Below, piece after piece: positions 1 through 12,000 of a stretch of 64,000 nt of DNA. Within the stretch, counting starts at the first letter, position 1. Every line of letters begins with the position of its first letter. Both the position numbers and the translations under genes were made by a program. Source of the DNA: the human T2T-CHM13v2.0 reference genome, Homo sapiens; NCBI RefSeq assembly GCF_009914755.1, contig NC_060935.1; one strand, written 5' to 3'. A model generated the notes under the pieces. The model was not told where the DNA came from, made no database searches, and saw only the letters and a list, made by a program, of their open reading frames with translations.

Positions 1-112
1 TTCCTGTGATGACTGCATTCAACTCACAGAGGTGAACAATCCTGCTGATGGAGCAGTTTTGAAACTCTCTTTCTTTGGATTCTGCAAGTGGATATGTGGA
101 CCTCTGTGAAGA

Positions 113-129
113 TTTCGTTGGAAACGGGT
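113..129 (+). promoter_or_regulatory. CENP-B box (W3-type monomer), recurring every 850 bp (963, 1813, ...)
   Basis: TTTCGTTGGAAACGGGT matches the 9-base core nTTCGnnnnAnnCGGGn. Confidence 0.95.
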
Positions 130-157
130 TCATCTTCACAGAAAAACTAAACAGAAG

Positions 158-327
158 CATTCTCAGAAACTGCTTTGTGATGTTTGTGTTCCACTTCAGG
201 AATTGAACTTTCCTCTTGACAGAGCAGCTCTGAAACCCTCTTATTCTATAATCTGCAAGTGGACATTTGGAGTGCTTTGAGGCCTGTGGTGGAAAAGGAA
301 AATCTTCACATAAAAACTAGATGGAAG
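158..327 (+). repeat. A-type monomer (probably W4), no CENP-B box, carries the XbaI position
   Basis: Box position reads CCTGTGGTGGAAAAGGA (283-299), which is pJ-alpha/A-box-like. The W-type name is inferred from the SF3 order. Confidence 0.75.
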
Positions 328-498
328 CATTCTCAGAAACTACTTTGTGATGATTGCATTCGACTCACAGAGTTGAACATTCCTATAGATAGAGCAGGTT
401 GTAAACAATCTTTTTGTAGAAAATGCGATTGGAGATTTGGACTGCTTTGAGGCCTACTGTAGTAAAGGAAATAACTTCATCTAAAAACCAAACGGAAG
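328..498 (+). repeat. A-type monomer (probably W5), no CENP-B box
   Basis: Box position reads CCTACTGTAGTAAAGGA (453-469), a diverged A-type box. Confidence 0.75.
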
Positions 499-666
499 CA
501 TTCACAGACAATTCTTAGTGATCATTGGATTGAACTAACAGAGCTGAACATTCCTTTAGATGGCGCAGTTTCCAAACCCACTTTCTGTAGAATCTGCAAG
601 TGGATATTTGGACTTCTCTGAGGATTTCGTTGGAAACGGGATAAACTTCCCAGAACTACACGGAAG
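499..666 (+). repeat. Short (168 bp) B-type monomer (probably W1) with canonical CENP-B box
   Basis: Contains TTTCGTTGGAAACGGGA at 625-641. Confidence 0.8.
625..641 (+). promoter_or_regulatory. CENP-B box (W1-type monomer), recurring every 850 bp (1475, 2325, ...)
   Basis: TTTCGTTGGAAACGGGA is a perfect match to YTTCGTTGGAARCGGGA. Intact boxes alternate at 338 and 512 bp spacing. Confidence 0.95.
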
Positions 667-836
667 CATTGTGAGAAACTTCTTTGTGATGTTTGCATTC
701 AACTCACAGAGTTGAACCTTGCTTTCATAGTTCAGCTTTCAAACACTCTTTTTGTAGAATCTGCAAGTGGATATTTGGACCACTTTGTGGCCTTCCTTCG
801 AAACGGGTATATCTTCACATCAAACCTAGACAGAAG
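667..836 (+). repeat. B-type monomer (probably W2) with degenerate CENP-B box
   Basis: CTTCCTTCGAAACGGGT at 792-808 has TTCC instead of the essential TTCG. Confidence 0.75.
792..808 (+). promoter_or_regulatory. Degenerate, predicted non-binding CENP-B box fixed across the HORs
   Basis: CTTCCTTCGAAACGGGT keeps the 3' A..CGGG but the 5' TTCG is TTCC. It contains a TTCGAA palindrome. Confidence 0.8.
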
Positions 837-1007
837 CATTCTCAGAATGTTTCCTGTGATGACTGCATTCAACTCACAGAGGTGAACAATCCTGCTGATG
901 GAGCAGTTTTGAAACTCTCTTTCTTTGGATTCTACAAGTGGATATGTGGACCTCTGTGAAGATTTCGTTGGAAACGGGTTCATCTTCACAGAAAAACTAA
1001 ACAGAAG
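837..1007 (+). repeat. B-type monomer (probably W3) with intact CENP-B box
   Basis: Contains TTTCGTTGGAAACGGGT at 963-979. Confidence 0.8.
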
Positions 1008-1094
1008 CATTCTCAGAAACTGCTTTGTGATGTTTGTGTTCCACTTCAGGAATTGAACATTCCTCTTGACAGAGCAGCTCTGAAACCCTCTTAT

Positions 1095-1100
1095 TCTAGA
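1095..1100. other. HOR-defining XbaI site (TCTAGA), once per 850 bp
   Basis: TCTAGA at 1095, 1945, 2795, ... It is mutated at 245-250 (TCTATA), ~49541 and ~61437 (ACTAGA). Extra sites occur in variant units (e.g. 3596, 5515, 63088). Confidence 0.9.
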
Positions 1101-3078
1101 ATCTGCAAGTGGACATTTGGAGGGCTTTGAGGCCTGTGGTGGAAAAGGAAAATCTTCACATAAAAACTAGATGGAAGCATTCTCAGAAACTACTTTGTGA
1201 TGATGGCTTTCGACTCACAGAGTTGAACATTCCTATAGATAGAGCAGGTTGTAAACAATCTTTTTGTAGAATCTGCGATTGGAGATTTGGACTGCTTTGA
1301 GGCCTATTGTAGTAAAGGAAATAACTTCATCTAAAAACCAAACGGAAGCATTCACAGACAATACTTAGTGATCATTGGATTGAACTAACAGAGCTGAACA
1401 TTCCTTTAGATGGAGCAGTTTCCAAACACACTTTCTGTAGAATCTGCAAGTGGATATTTGGACTTCTCTGAGGATTTCGTTGGAAACGGGATAAAATTCC
1501 CAGAACTACACGGAAGCATTCTGAGAAACTTCTTTGTAATGTTTGCATTCAACTCACAGAGTTGAACCTTGCTTTCATAGTTCAGCTTTCAAACACTCTT
1601 TTTGTACAATCTGCAAGTGGATATTTGGACCACTTTGTGGCCTTCCTTCGAAACGGGTATATCTTCATATCAAACCTAGACAGAAGCATTCTCAGAATGT
1701 TTCCTGTGATGACTGCATTCAACTCACAGAGCTGAACAATCCTGCTGATGGAGCAGTTTTGAAACTCTCTTTCTTTGGATTCTGCAAGTGGATATGTGGA
1801 CCCTTGTGAAGATTTCGTTGGAAACGGGTTCATCTTCACAGAAAAACTAAACAGGAGCATTCTCAGAAAGTGCTTTGTGATGTTTGTGTTCCACTTCAGG
1901 AATTGAACTTTCCTCTTGACAGAGCAGCTCTGAAACCCTCTTTTTCTAGAATCTGCAAGTGGACATTTGGAGGGCTTTGAGGCCTGTGGTGGAAAAGGAA
2001 AATCTTCACATAAAAACTAGATGGAAGCATTCTCAGAAACTACTTTGTGATGATTGCATTCGACTCACAGAGTTGAACATTCCTATAGATAGAGCAGGTT
2101 GTAAACAATCTTTTTGTAGAATATGCGATTGGAGATTTGGACTGCTTTGAGGCCTACTGTAGTAAAGGAAATAACTTCATCTAAAAACCAAACGGAAGCA
2201 TTCACAGACAATTCTTAGTGATCATTGGATTGAACTAACAGAGCTGAACATTCCTTTAGATGGCGCAGTTTCCGAACACACTTTCTGTAGAATCTGCAAG
2301 TGGATATTTGGACTTCTCTGAAGATTTCGTTGGAAACGGGATAAACTTCCCAGAACTACACGGAAGCATTGTGAGAAACTTCTTTGTGATGTTTGCATTC
2401 AACTCACAGAGTTGAACCTTGCTTTCATAGTTCAGCTTTCAAACACTCTTTTTGTAGAATCTGCAAGTGGATATTTGGACCACTTTTTGGGCTTCCTTCG
2501 AAACGGGTATATCTTCACATCAAACCTAGACAGAAACATTCTCAGAATGTTTCCTGTGATGACTGCATTCAACTCACAGAGGTGAACAATCCTGCTGATG
2601 GAGCAGTTTTGAAACTCTCTTTCTTTGGATTCTGCAAGTGGATATGTGGACCTCTGTGAAGATTTCGTTGGAAACGGGTTCATCTTCACAGAAAAACTAA
2701 ACAGGAGCATTCTCAGAAACTGCTTTGTGATGTTTGTGTTCCACTTCAAGAATTGAACTTTCCTCTTGACAGAGCAGCTCTGAAACCCTATTTTTCTAGA
2801 ATATGCAAGTGGACATTTGGAGGGCTTTGAGGCCTGTGGTGGAAAAGGAAAATCTTCACATAAAAACTAGATGGAAGCATTCTCAGAAACTACTTTGTGA
2901 TGATTGCATTCGACGCACAGAGTTGAACATTCCTATAGATAGAGCAGGTTGTAAACAATCTTTTTGTAGAATCTGCGATTGGAGATTTGGACTGCTTTGA
3001 GGCCTACTGTAGTAAAGGAAATAACTTCATCTAAAAACCAAACGGAAGCATTCACAGACAATTCTTAGTGATCATTGG

Positions 3079-6000
3079 ATTGAACTAACAGAGCTGAACA
3101 TTCCTTTAGATGGAGCAGTTTCCAAACCCACTTTCTGTAGAATCTTCAAGTGGATATTTGGACTTCTCTGAGGATTTCGTTGGAAACGGGATAAACTTCC
3201 CAGAACTACACGGAAGCATTGTGAGAAACATCTTTGTGATGTTTGCATTCAACTCACAGAGTTGAACCTTGCTTTCATAGTTCAGCTTTCAAACACTCTT
3301 TTTGTAGAATCTGCAAGTGGATATTTGGACCACTTTGTGGCCTTCCTTCGAAACGGGTATATCTTCCCATCAAACCTAGACAGAAGCATTCTCAGAATGT
3401 TTCCTGTGATGACTGCATTCAACTCACAGAGGTGAACAATCCTGTTGATGGAGCAGTTTTGAAACTCTCTTTCTTTGGATTCTGCAAGTTGATATGTGGA
3501 CCTCTGTGAAGATTTCGTTGGAAACGGGTTCATCTTCACAGAAAAACTAAACAGAAGCATTCTCTGAAACTACTTTGTGATGTTTGTGTTCCACTTCTAG
3601 AATTGAACTTTCCTCTTGACAGAGCAGCTCTGAAACCCTCTTTTTCTAGAATCTGCAAGTGGACATTTGGAGGGCTTTGAGGCCTGTGGTGGAAAAGGAA
3701 AATCTTCACATAAAAACTAGATGGAAGCATTCTCAGAAACTACTTTGTGATGATTGCATTCGACTCACAGAGTTGAACATTCCTATAGATAGAGCAGGTT
3801 GTAAACAATCTTTTTGTAGAATCTGCGATTGGAGATTTGGACTGCTTTGAGGCCTACTGTAGTAAAGGAAATAACTTCATCTAAAAACCAAACGGAAGCA
3901 TTCACAGACAATTCTTAGTGATCATTGCATTGAACTAACAGAGCTGAACATTCCTTTAGATGGCGCAGTTTCCAAACACACTTTCTGTAGAATCTGCAAG
4001 TGGATATTTGGACCTCTCTGAGGATTTCGTTGGAAACGGGATAAACTTCCCAGAACTACACGGAAGCATGCTGAGAAACTTCTTTGTGATGTTTGCATTC
4101 AACTCACAGAGTTGAACCTTGCTTTCATAGTTCAGCTTTCAAACACTCTTTTTGTAGAATCTGCAAGTGGATATTTGGACCACTTTGTGGCCTTCCTTCG
4201 AAACGGGTATATCTTCACATCAAACCTAGACAGAAGCATTCTCAGAATGTTTCCTGTGATGACTGCATTCAACTCACAGAGGTGAACAATCCTGCTGATG
4301 GAGCAATTTTGAAACTCTCTTTCTTTGGATTCTGCAAGTGGATATGTGGACCTCTGTGAAGATTTCGTTGGAAACGGGTTCATCTTCACAGAAAAACTAA
4401 ACAGAAGCATTCTCAGAAACTGCTTTGTGATGTTTGTGTTCCACTTCAGGAATTGAACTTTCCTCTTGACAGAGCAGCTCTGAAACCCTCTTATTCTAGA
4501 ATCTGCAAGTGGACATTTGGAGGGCTTTGAGGCCTGTGGTGGAAAAGGAAAATCTTCACATAAAAACTAGATGGAAGCATTCTCAGAAACTACTTTGTGA
4601 TGATTGCATTCGACTCACAGAGTTGAACATTCCTATAGATAGAGCAGGTTGTAAACAATCTTTTTGTAGAATCTGCGATTGGAGATTCGGACTGCTTTGA
4701 GGCCTACTGTAGTAAAGGAAATAACTTCATCTAAAAACCAAACGGAAGCATTCACAGACAATTCTTAGTGATCATTGCATTGAACTAACAGAGCTGAACA
4801 TTCCTTTACATGGCGCAGTTTCCAAACACACTTTCTGTAGAATCTGCAAGTGGATATTTGGACCTCTCTGAGGATTTCGTTGGAAACGGGATAAACTTCC
4901 CAGAACTACACGGAAGCATGCTGAGAAACTTCTTTGTGATGTTTGCATTCAACTCACAGAGTTGAACCTTGCTTTCATAGTTCAGCTTTCAAACACTTTT
5001 TTTGTAGAATCTGCAAGTGGATATTTGGACCACTTTGTGGCCTTCCTTCGAAACGGGTATATCTTCACATCAAACCTAGACAGAAGCATTCTCAGAATGT
5101 TTCCTGTGATGACTGCATTCAACTCACAGAGGTGAACAATCCTGCTGATGGAGGAGTTTTGAAACTCTCTTTCTTTGGATTCTGCAAGTGGATATGTGGA
5201 CCTCTGTGAAGATTTCGTTGGAAACGGGTTCATCTTCACAGAAAAACTAAACAGAAGCATTCTCAGAAACTGCTTTGTGATGTTTGTGTTCCACTTCAGG
5301 AATTGAACTTTCCTCTTGACAGAGCAGCTCTGAAACCCTCTTATTCTAGAATCTGCAAGTGGACATTTGGAGGGCTTTGAGGCCTGTGGTGGAAAAGGAA
5401 AATCTTCACATAAAAACTAGATGGAAGCATTCTCAGAAACTACTTTGTGATGATTGCATTCGACTCACAGAGTTGAACATTCCTATAGATAGAGCAGGTT
5501 GTAAACAATCTTTTTCTAGAATCTGCTATTGGAGATTTGGACTGCTTTGAGGCCTACTGTAGTAAAGGAAATAACTTCATCTAAAAACCAAACGGAAGCA
5601 TTCACAGACAATTCTCAGTGATCATTGGATTGAACTAACAGAGCTGAACATTCCTTTAGATGGAGCAGTTTCCAAACAAACTTTCTGTACAATCTGCAAG
5701 TGGATATTTGGACCTCTCTGAGGATTTCGTTGGAAAAGGGATAAACTTCCCAGAACTACACGGAAGCATTGTGAGAAACTTCTTTGTGATGTTTGCATTC
5801 AACTCACAGAGTTGAACCTTGCTTTCATAGTTCAGCTTTCAAACACTCTTTTTGTAGAATCTGCAAGTGGATATTTGGACCACTTTGTGGCCTTCCTTCG
5901 AAACGGGTATATCTTCACATCAAACCTAGACAGAAGCATTCTCAGAATGTTTCCTGTGATGACTGCATTCAACTCACAGAGGTGAACAATCCTGCTGATG

Positions 6001-9000
6001 GAGCAGTTTTGAAACTCTCTTTCTTTGGATTCTGCATGTGGATATGTTGACCTCTGTGAAGATTTCGTTGGAAACGGGTTCATCTTCACAGAAAAACTAA
6101 ACAGGAGCATTCTCAGAAACTGCTTTGTGATGTTTGTGTTCCACTTCAAGAATTGAACTTTCCTCTTGACAGAGCAGCTCTGAAACCCTCTTTTTCTAGA
6201 ATCTGCAAGTGGACATTTGGAAGGATTTGAGGCCTGTGGTGGAAAAGGAAAATCTTCACATAAAAACTAGATGGAAGCATTCTCAGAAACTACTTTGTGA
6301 TGATTGCATTCGACGCACAGAGTTGAACATTCCTATAGAGAGAGCAGGTTGTAAACAATCTTTTTGTAGAATCTGCGATTGGAGATTTGGACTGCTTTGA
6401 GGCTTACTGTAGTAAAGGAAATAACTTCATCTAAAAACCAAACGGAAGCATTCACAGACAATTCTTAGTGATCATTGGATTGAGCTAACAGAGCTGAACA
6501 TTCCTTTAGATGGAGCAGTTTCCAAACCCACTTTCTGTAGAATCTGCAAGTGGATATTTGTACTTCTCTGAGGATTTCGTTGGAAACGGGATAAACTTCC
6601 CAGAACTACACGGAAGCATTGTGAGAAACTTCTTTGTGATGTTTGCATTCAACTCACAGAGTTGAACCTTGCTTTCATAGTTCAGCTTTCAAACACTCTT
6701 TTTGTAGAATCTGCAAGTGGATATTTGGACCACTTTGTGGCCTTCCTTCGAAACGGGTATATCTTCACATCAAACCTAGACAGAAGCATTCTCAGAATGT
6801 TTCCTGTGATGACTGCATTCAACTCACAGAGGTGAACAATCCTGCTGATGGAGCAATTTTGAAACTCTCTTTCTTTGGATTCTGCAAGTGGATATGTGGA
6901 CCTCTGTGAAGATTTCGTTGGAAACGGGTTCATCTTCACAGAAAAACTAAACAGAAGCATTCTCAGAAACTGCTTTGTGATGTTTGTGTTCCACTTCAGG
7001 AATTGAACTTTCCTCTTGACAGAGCAGCTCTGAAACCCTCTTATTCTAGAATCTGCAAGTGGACATTTGGAGGGCTTTGAGGCCTGTGGTGGAAAAGGAA
7101 AATCTTCACATAAAAACTAGATGGAAGCATTCTCAGAAACTACTTTGTGATGATTGCATTCGACTCACAGAGTTGAACATTCCTATAGATAGAGCAGGTT
7201 GTAAACAATCTTTTTGTAGAATCTGCGATTGGAGATTTGGACTGCTTTGAGGCCTACTGTAGTAAAGGAAATAACTTCATCTAAAAACCAAACGGAAGCA
7301 TTCACAGACAATTCTTAGTGATCATTGCATTGAACTAACAGAGCTGAACATTCCTTTAGATGGCGCAGTTTCCAAACACACTTTCTGTAGAATCTGCAAG
7401 TGGATATTTGGACTTCTCTGAGGATTTCGTTGGAAACGGGATAAACTTCCCAGAACTACACGGAAGCATTGTGAGAAACTTCTTTGTGATGTTTGCATTC
7501 AACTCACAGAGTTGAAACTTGCTTTCATAGTTCAGCTTTCAAACACTCTTTTTGTAGAATCTGCAAGTGGATATTTGGACCACTTTGTGGCCTTCCTTCG
7601 AAACGGGTATATCTTCACATCAAACCTAGACATAAGCATTCTCAGAATGTTTCCTGTGAAGACTGCATTCAACTCACAGAGATGAACAATCCTGTTGATG
7701 GAGCACTTTGGAAACTCTCTTTCTTTGGATTCTGCAAGTTGATATGTGGACCTCTGTGAAGATTTCGTTGGAAACGGGTTCATCTTCACAGAAAAACTAA
7801 ACGGAAGCATTCTCAAAAACTACTTTGTGATGTTTGTGTTCCACTTCAAGAATTGAACTTTCCTCTTGACAGAGCAGTTCTGAAAACCTCTTTTTCTAGA
7901 ATCTGCAAGTGGACATTTGGAGGGCTTTGAGGCCTGTGGTGGAAAAGGAAAATCTTCACATAAAAACTACATGGAAGCATTCTCAGAAACTACTTTGTGA
8001 TGATTGCATTCGACTCACAGAGTTGAACATTCCTATAGATAGAGCAGGTTGTAAACAATCTTTTTGTAGAATCTGCGATTGGAGATTCGGACTGCTTTGA
8101 GGCCTACTGTAGTAAAGGAAATAACTTCATCTAAAAACCAAACGGAAGCATTCACAGACAATTCTTAGTGATCATTGCATTGAACTAACAGAGCTGAACA
8201 TTCCTTTACATGGCGCAGTTTCCAAACACACTTTCTGTAGAATCTGCAAGTGGATATTTGGACCTCTCTGAGGATTTCGTTGGAAACGGGATAAACTTCC
8301 CAGAACTACACGGAAGCATGCTGAGAAACTTCTTTGTGATGTTTGCATTCAACTCACAGAGTTGAACCTTGCTTTCATAGTTCAGCTTTCAAACACTTTT
8401 TTTGTAGAATCTGCAAGTGGATATTTGGACCACTTTGTGGCCTTCCTTCGAAACGGGTATATCTTCACATCAAACCTAGACAGAAGCATTCTCAGAATGT
8501 TTCCTGTGATGACTGCATTCAACTCACAGAGGTGAACAATCCTGCTGATGGAGGAGTTTTGAAACTCTCTTTCTTTGGATTCTGCAAGTGGATATGTGGA
8601 CCTCTGTGAAGATTTCGTTGGAAACGGGTTCATCTTCACAGAAAAACTAAACAGAAGCATTCTCAGAAACTGCTTTGTGATGTTTGTGTTCCACTTCAGG
8701 AATTGAACTTTCCTCTTGACAGAGCAGCTCTGAAACCCTCTTATTCTAGAATCTGCAAGTGGACATTTGGAGGGCTTTGAGGCCTGTGGTGGAAAAGGAA
8801 AATCTTCACATAAAAACTAGATGGAAGCATTCTCAGAAACTACTTTGTGATGATTGCATTCGACTCACAGAGTTGAACATTCCTATAGATAGAGCAGGTT
8901 GTAAACAATCTTTTTCTAGAATCTGCTATTGCAGATTTGGACTGCTTTGAGGCCTACTGTAGTAAAGGAAATAACTTCATCTAAAAACCAAACGGAAGCA

Positions 9001-12000
9001 TTCACAGACAATTCTCAGTGATCATTGGATTGAACTAACAGAGCTGAACATTCCTTTAGATGGAGCAGTTTCCAAACAAACTTTCTGTAGAATCTGCAAG
9101 TGGATATTTGGACTACTCTGAGAATTTCGTTGGAAAAGGGATAAACTTCCCAGAACTACACGGAAGCATTGTGAGAAACTTCTTTGTGATGTTTGCATTC
9201 AACTCACAGAGTTGAACCTTGCTTTCATAGTTCAGCTTTCAAACACTCTTTTTGTAGAATCTGCAAGTGGATATTTGGACCACTTTGTGGCCTTCCTTCG
9301 AAACGGGTATATCTTCACATCAAACCTAGACAGAAGCATTCTCAGAATGTTTCCTGTGATGACTGCATTCAACTCACAGAGGTGAACAATCCTGCTGATG
9401 GAGCAGTTTTGAAACTCTCTTTCTTTGGATTCTGCATGTGGATATGTTGACCTCTGTGAAGATTTCGTTGGAAACGGGTTCATCTTCACAGAAAAACTAA
9501 ACAGGAGCATTCTCAGAAACTGCTTTGTGATGTTTGTGTTCCACTTCAAGAATTGAACTTTCCTCTTGACAGAGCAGCTCTGAAACCCTCTTTTTCTAGA
9601 ATCTGCAAGTGGACATTTGGAAGGATTTGAGGCCTGTGGTGGAAAAGGAAAATCTTCACATAAAAACTAGATGGAAGCATTCTCAGAAACTACTTTGTGA
9701 TGATTGCATTCGACGCACAGAGTTGAACATTCCTATAGAGAGAGCAGGTTGTAAACAATCTTTTTGTAGAATCTGCGATTGGAGATTTGGACTGCTTTGA
9801 GGCTTACTGTAGTAAAGGAAATAACTTCATCTAAAAACCAAACGGAAGCATTCACAGACAATTCTTAGTGATCATTGGATTGAGCTAACAGAGCTGAACA
9901 TTCCTTTAGATGGCGCAGTTTCCAAACCCACTTTCTGTAGAATCTGCAAGTGGATATTTGTACTTCTCTGAGGATTTCGTTGGAAACGGGATAAACTTCC
10001 CAGAACTACACGGAAGCATTGTGAGAAACTTCTTTGTGATGTTTGCATTCAACTCACAGAGTTGAACCTTGCTTTCATAGTTCAGCTTTCAAACACTCTT
10101 TTTGTACAATCTGCAAGTGGATATTTGGACCACTTTGTGGCCTTCCTTCGAAACGGGTATATCTTCACATCAAACCTAGACAGAAGCATTCTCAGAATGT
10201 TTCCTGTGATGACTGCATTCAACTCACAGAGGTGAACAATCCTGCTGATGGAGGAGTTTTGAAACTCTCTTTCTTTCGATTCTGCAAGTGGATATGTGGA
10301 CCTCTGTGAAGATTTCGTTGGAAACGGGTTCATCTTCACAGAAAAACTAAACAGAAGCATTCTCAGAAACTGCTTTGTGATGTTTGTGTTCCACTTCAGG
10401 AATTGAACTTTCCTCTTGACAGAGCAGCTCTGAAACCCTATTTTTCTAGAATCTGCAAGTGGACATTTGGAGGGCTTTGAGGCCTGTGGTGGAAAAGGAA
10501 AATCTTCACATAAAAACTAGATGGAAGCATTCTCAGAAACTACTTTGTGATGATTGCATTCGACTCACAGAGTTGAACATTCCTATAGATAGAGCAGGTT
10601 GTAAACAATCTTTTTCTAGAATCTGCGATTGGAGATTTGGACAGCTTTGAGGCCTACTGTAGTAAAGGAAATAACTTCATCTAAAAACCAAACGGAAGCA
10701 TTCACAGACAATTCTTAGTGATCATTGGATTGAACTAACAGAGCTGAACATTCCTTTAGATGGAGCAGTTTCCAAACCCACTTTCTGTAGAATCTGCAAG
10801 TGGATATTTGGACTTCTCTGAGGATTTCGTTGGAAACGGGATAAACTTCCCAGAACTACAGGGAAGCATTGTGAGAAACTTCTTTGTGATGTTTGCATTC
10901 AACTCACAGAGTTGAACCTTGCTTTCATAGTTCAGCTTTCAAACACTCTTTTTGTAGAATCTGCAAGTGGATATTTGGACCACTTTGTGGCCTTCCTTCG
11001 AAACGGGTATATCTTCACATCAAACCTAGACAGAAGCATTCTCAGAATGTTTCCTGTGAAGATTGCATTCAACTCACAGAGATGAACAATCCTGTTGATG
11101 GAGCACTTTGGAAACTCTCTTTCTTGGGATTCTGCAAGTGGATATGTGGACCTCTGTGAAGATTTCGTTGGAAACGGGTTCATCTTCACAGAAAAACTAA
11201 ACAGAAGCATTTTCAAAAACTACTTTGTGATGTTTGTGTTCCACTTCAAGAATTGAACTTTCCTCTTGACAGAGCAGCTCTGAAACCCTCTTTTTCTAGA
11301 ATCTGCAAGTGGACATTTGGAGGGCTTTGAGGCCTGTGGTGGAAAAGGAAAATCTTCACATAAAAACTAGATGGAAGCATTCTCAGAAACTACTTTGTGA
11401 TGATTGCATTCGACTCACAGAGTTGAACATTCCTATAGATAGAGCAGGTTGTAAACAATCTTTTTGTAGAATCTGCGATTGGAGATTTGGACTGCTTTGA
11501 GGCCTACTGTAGTAAAGGAAATAACTTCATCTAAAAACCAAACGGAAGCATTCACAGACAATTCTTAGTGATCATTGCATTGAACTAACAGAGCTGAACA
11601 TTCCTTTAGATGGAGCAGTTTCCAAACACACTTTTTGTAGAATCTGCAAGTGGATATTTGGACTTCTCTGAGGATTTCGTTGGAAACGGGATAAACTTCC
11701 CAGAACTACACGGAAGCATTGTGAGAAACTTCTTTGTGATGTTTGCATTCAACTCACAGAGTTGAACCTTGCTTTCATAGTTCAGCTTTCAAACACTCTT
11801 TTTGTAGAATCTGCAAGTGCATATTTGGACCACTTTGTGGCCTTCCTTCGAAACGGGTATATCTTCACATCAAACCTAGACAGAAGCATTCTCAGAATGT
11901 TTCCTGTGAAGACTGCATTCAACTCACAGAGATGAACAATCCTGTTGATGGAGCACTTTGGAAACTCTCTTTCTTGGGATTCTGCAAGTTGATATGTGGA

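Larger units (their letters stand above)
158..1007 (+). repeat. One complete representative HOR unit (5 monomers)
   Basis: Monomer starts at the conventional CATT position 158, 328, 499, 667, 837 and next 1008. Lengths 170+171+168+170+171 = 850. Confidence 0.95.

Noticed and set aside
382-392. Short dyads or TATA-like sequence (CCTATAG, TGATCA, TTCGAA, AGGCCT) as promoter or cruciform elements
   Set aside because: They are only about 6 bp, expected by chance and fixed by repetition. There is no evidence of function from sequence alone.
693-959. Cys/His-rich peptides (CRIC, CDDC) resembling zinc-finger motifs
   Set aside because: The TGT/TGC-rich alphoid sequence produces these, and there is no consistent C2H2 or RING spacing.
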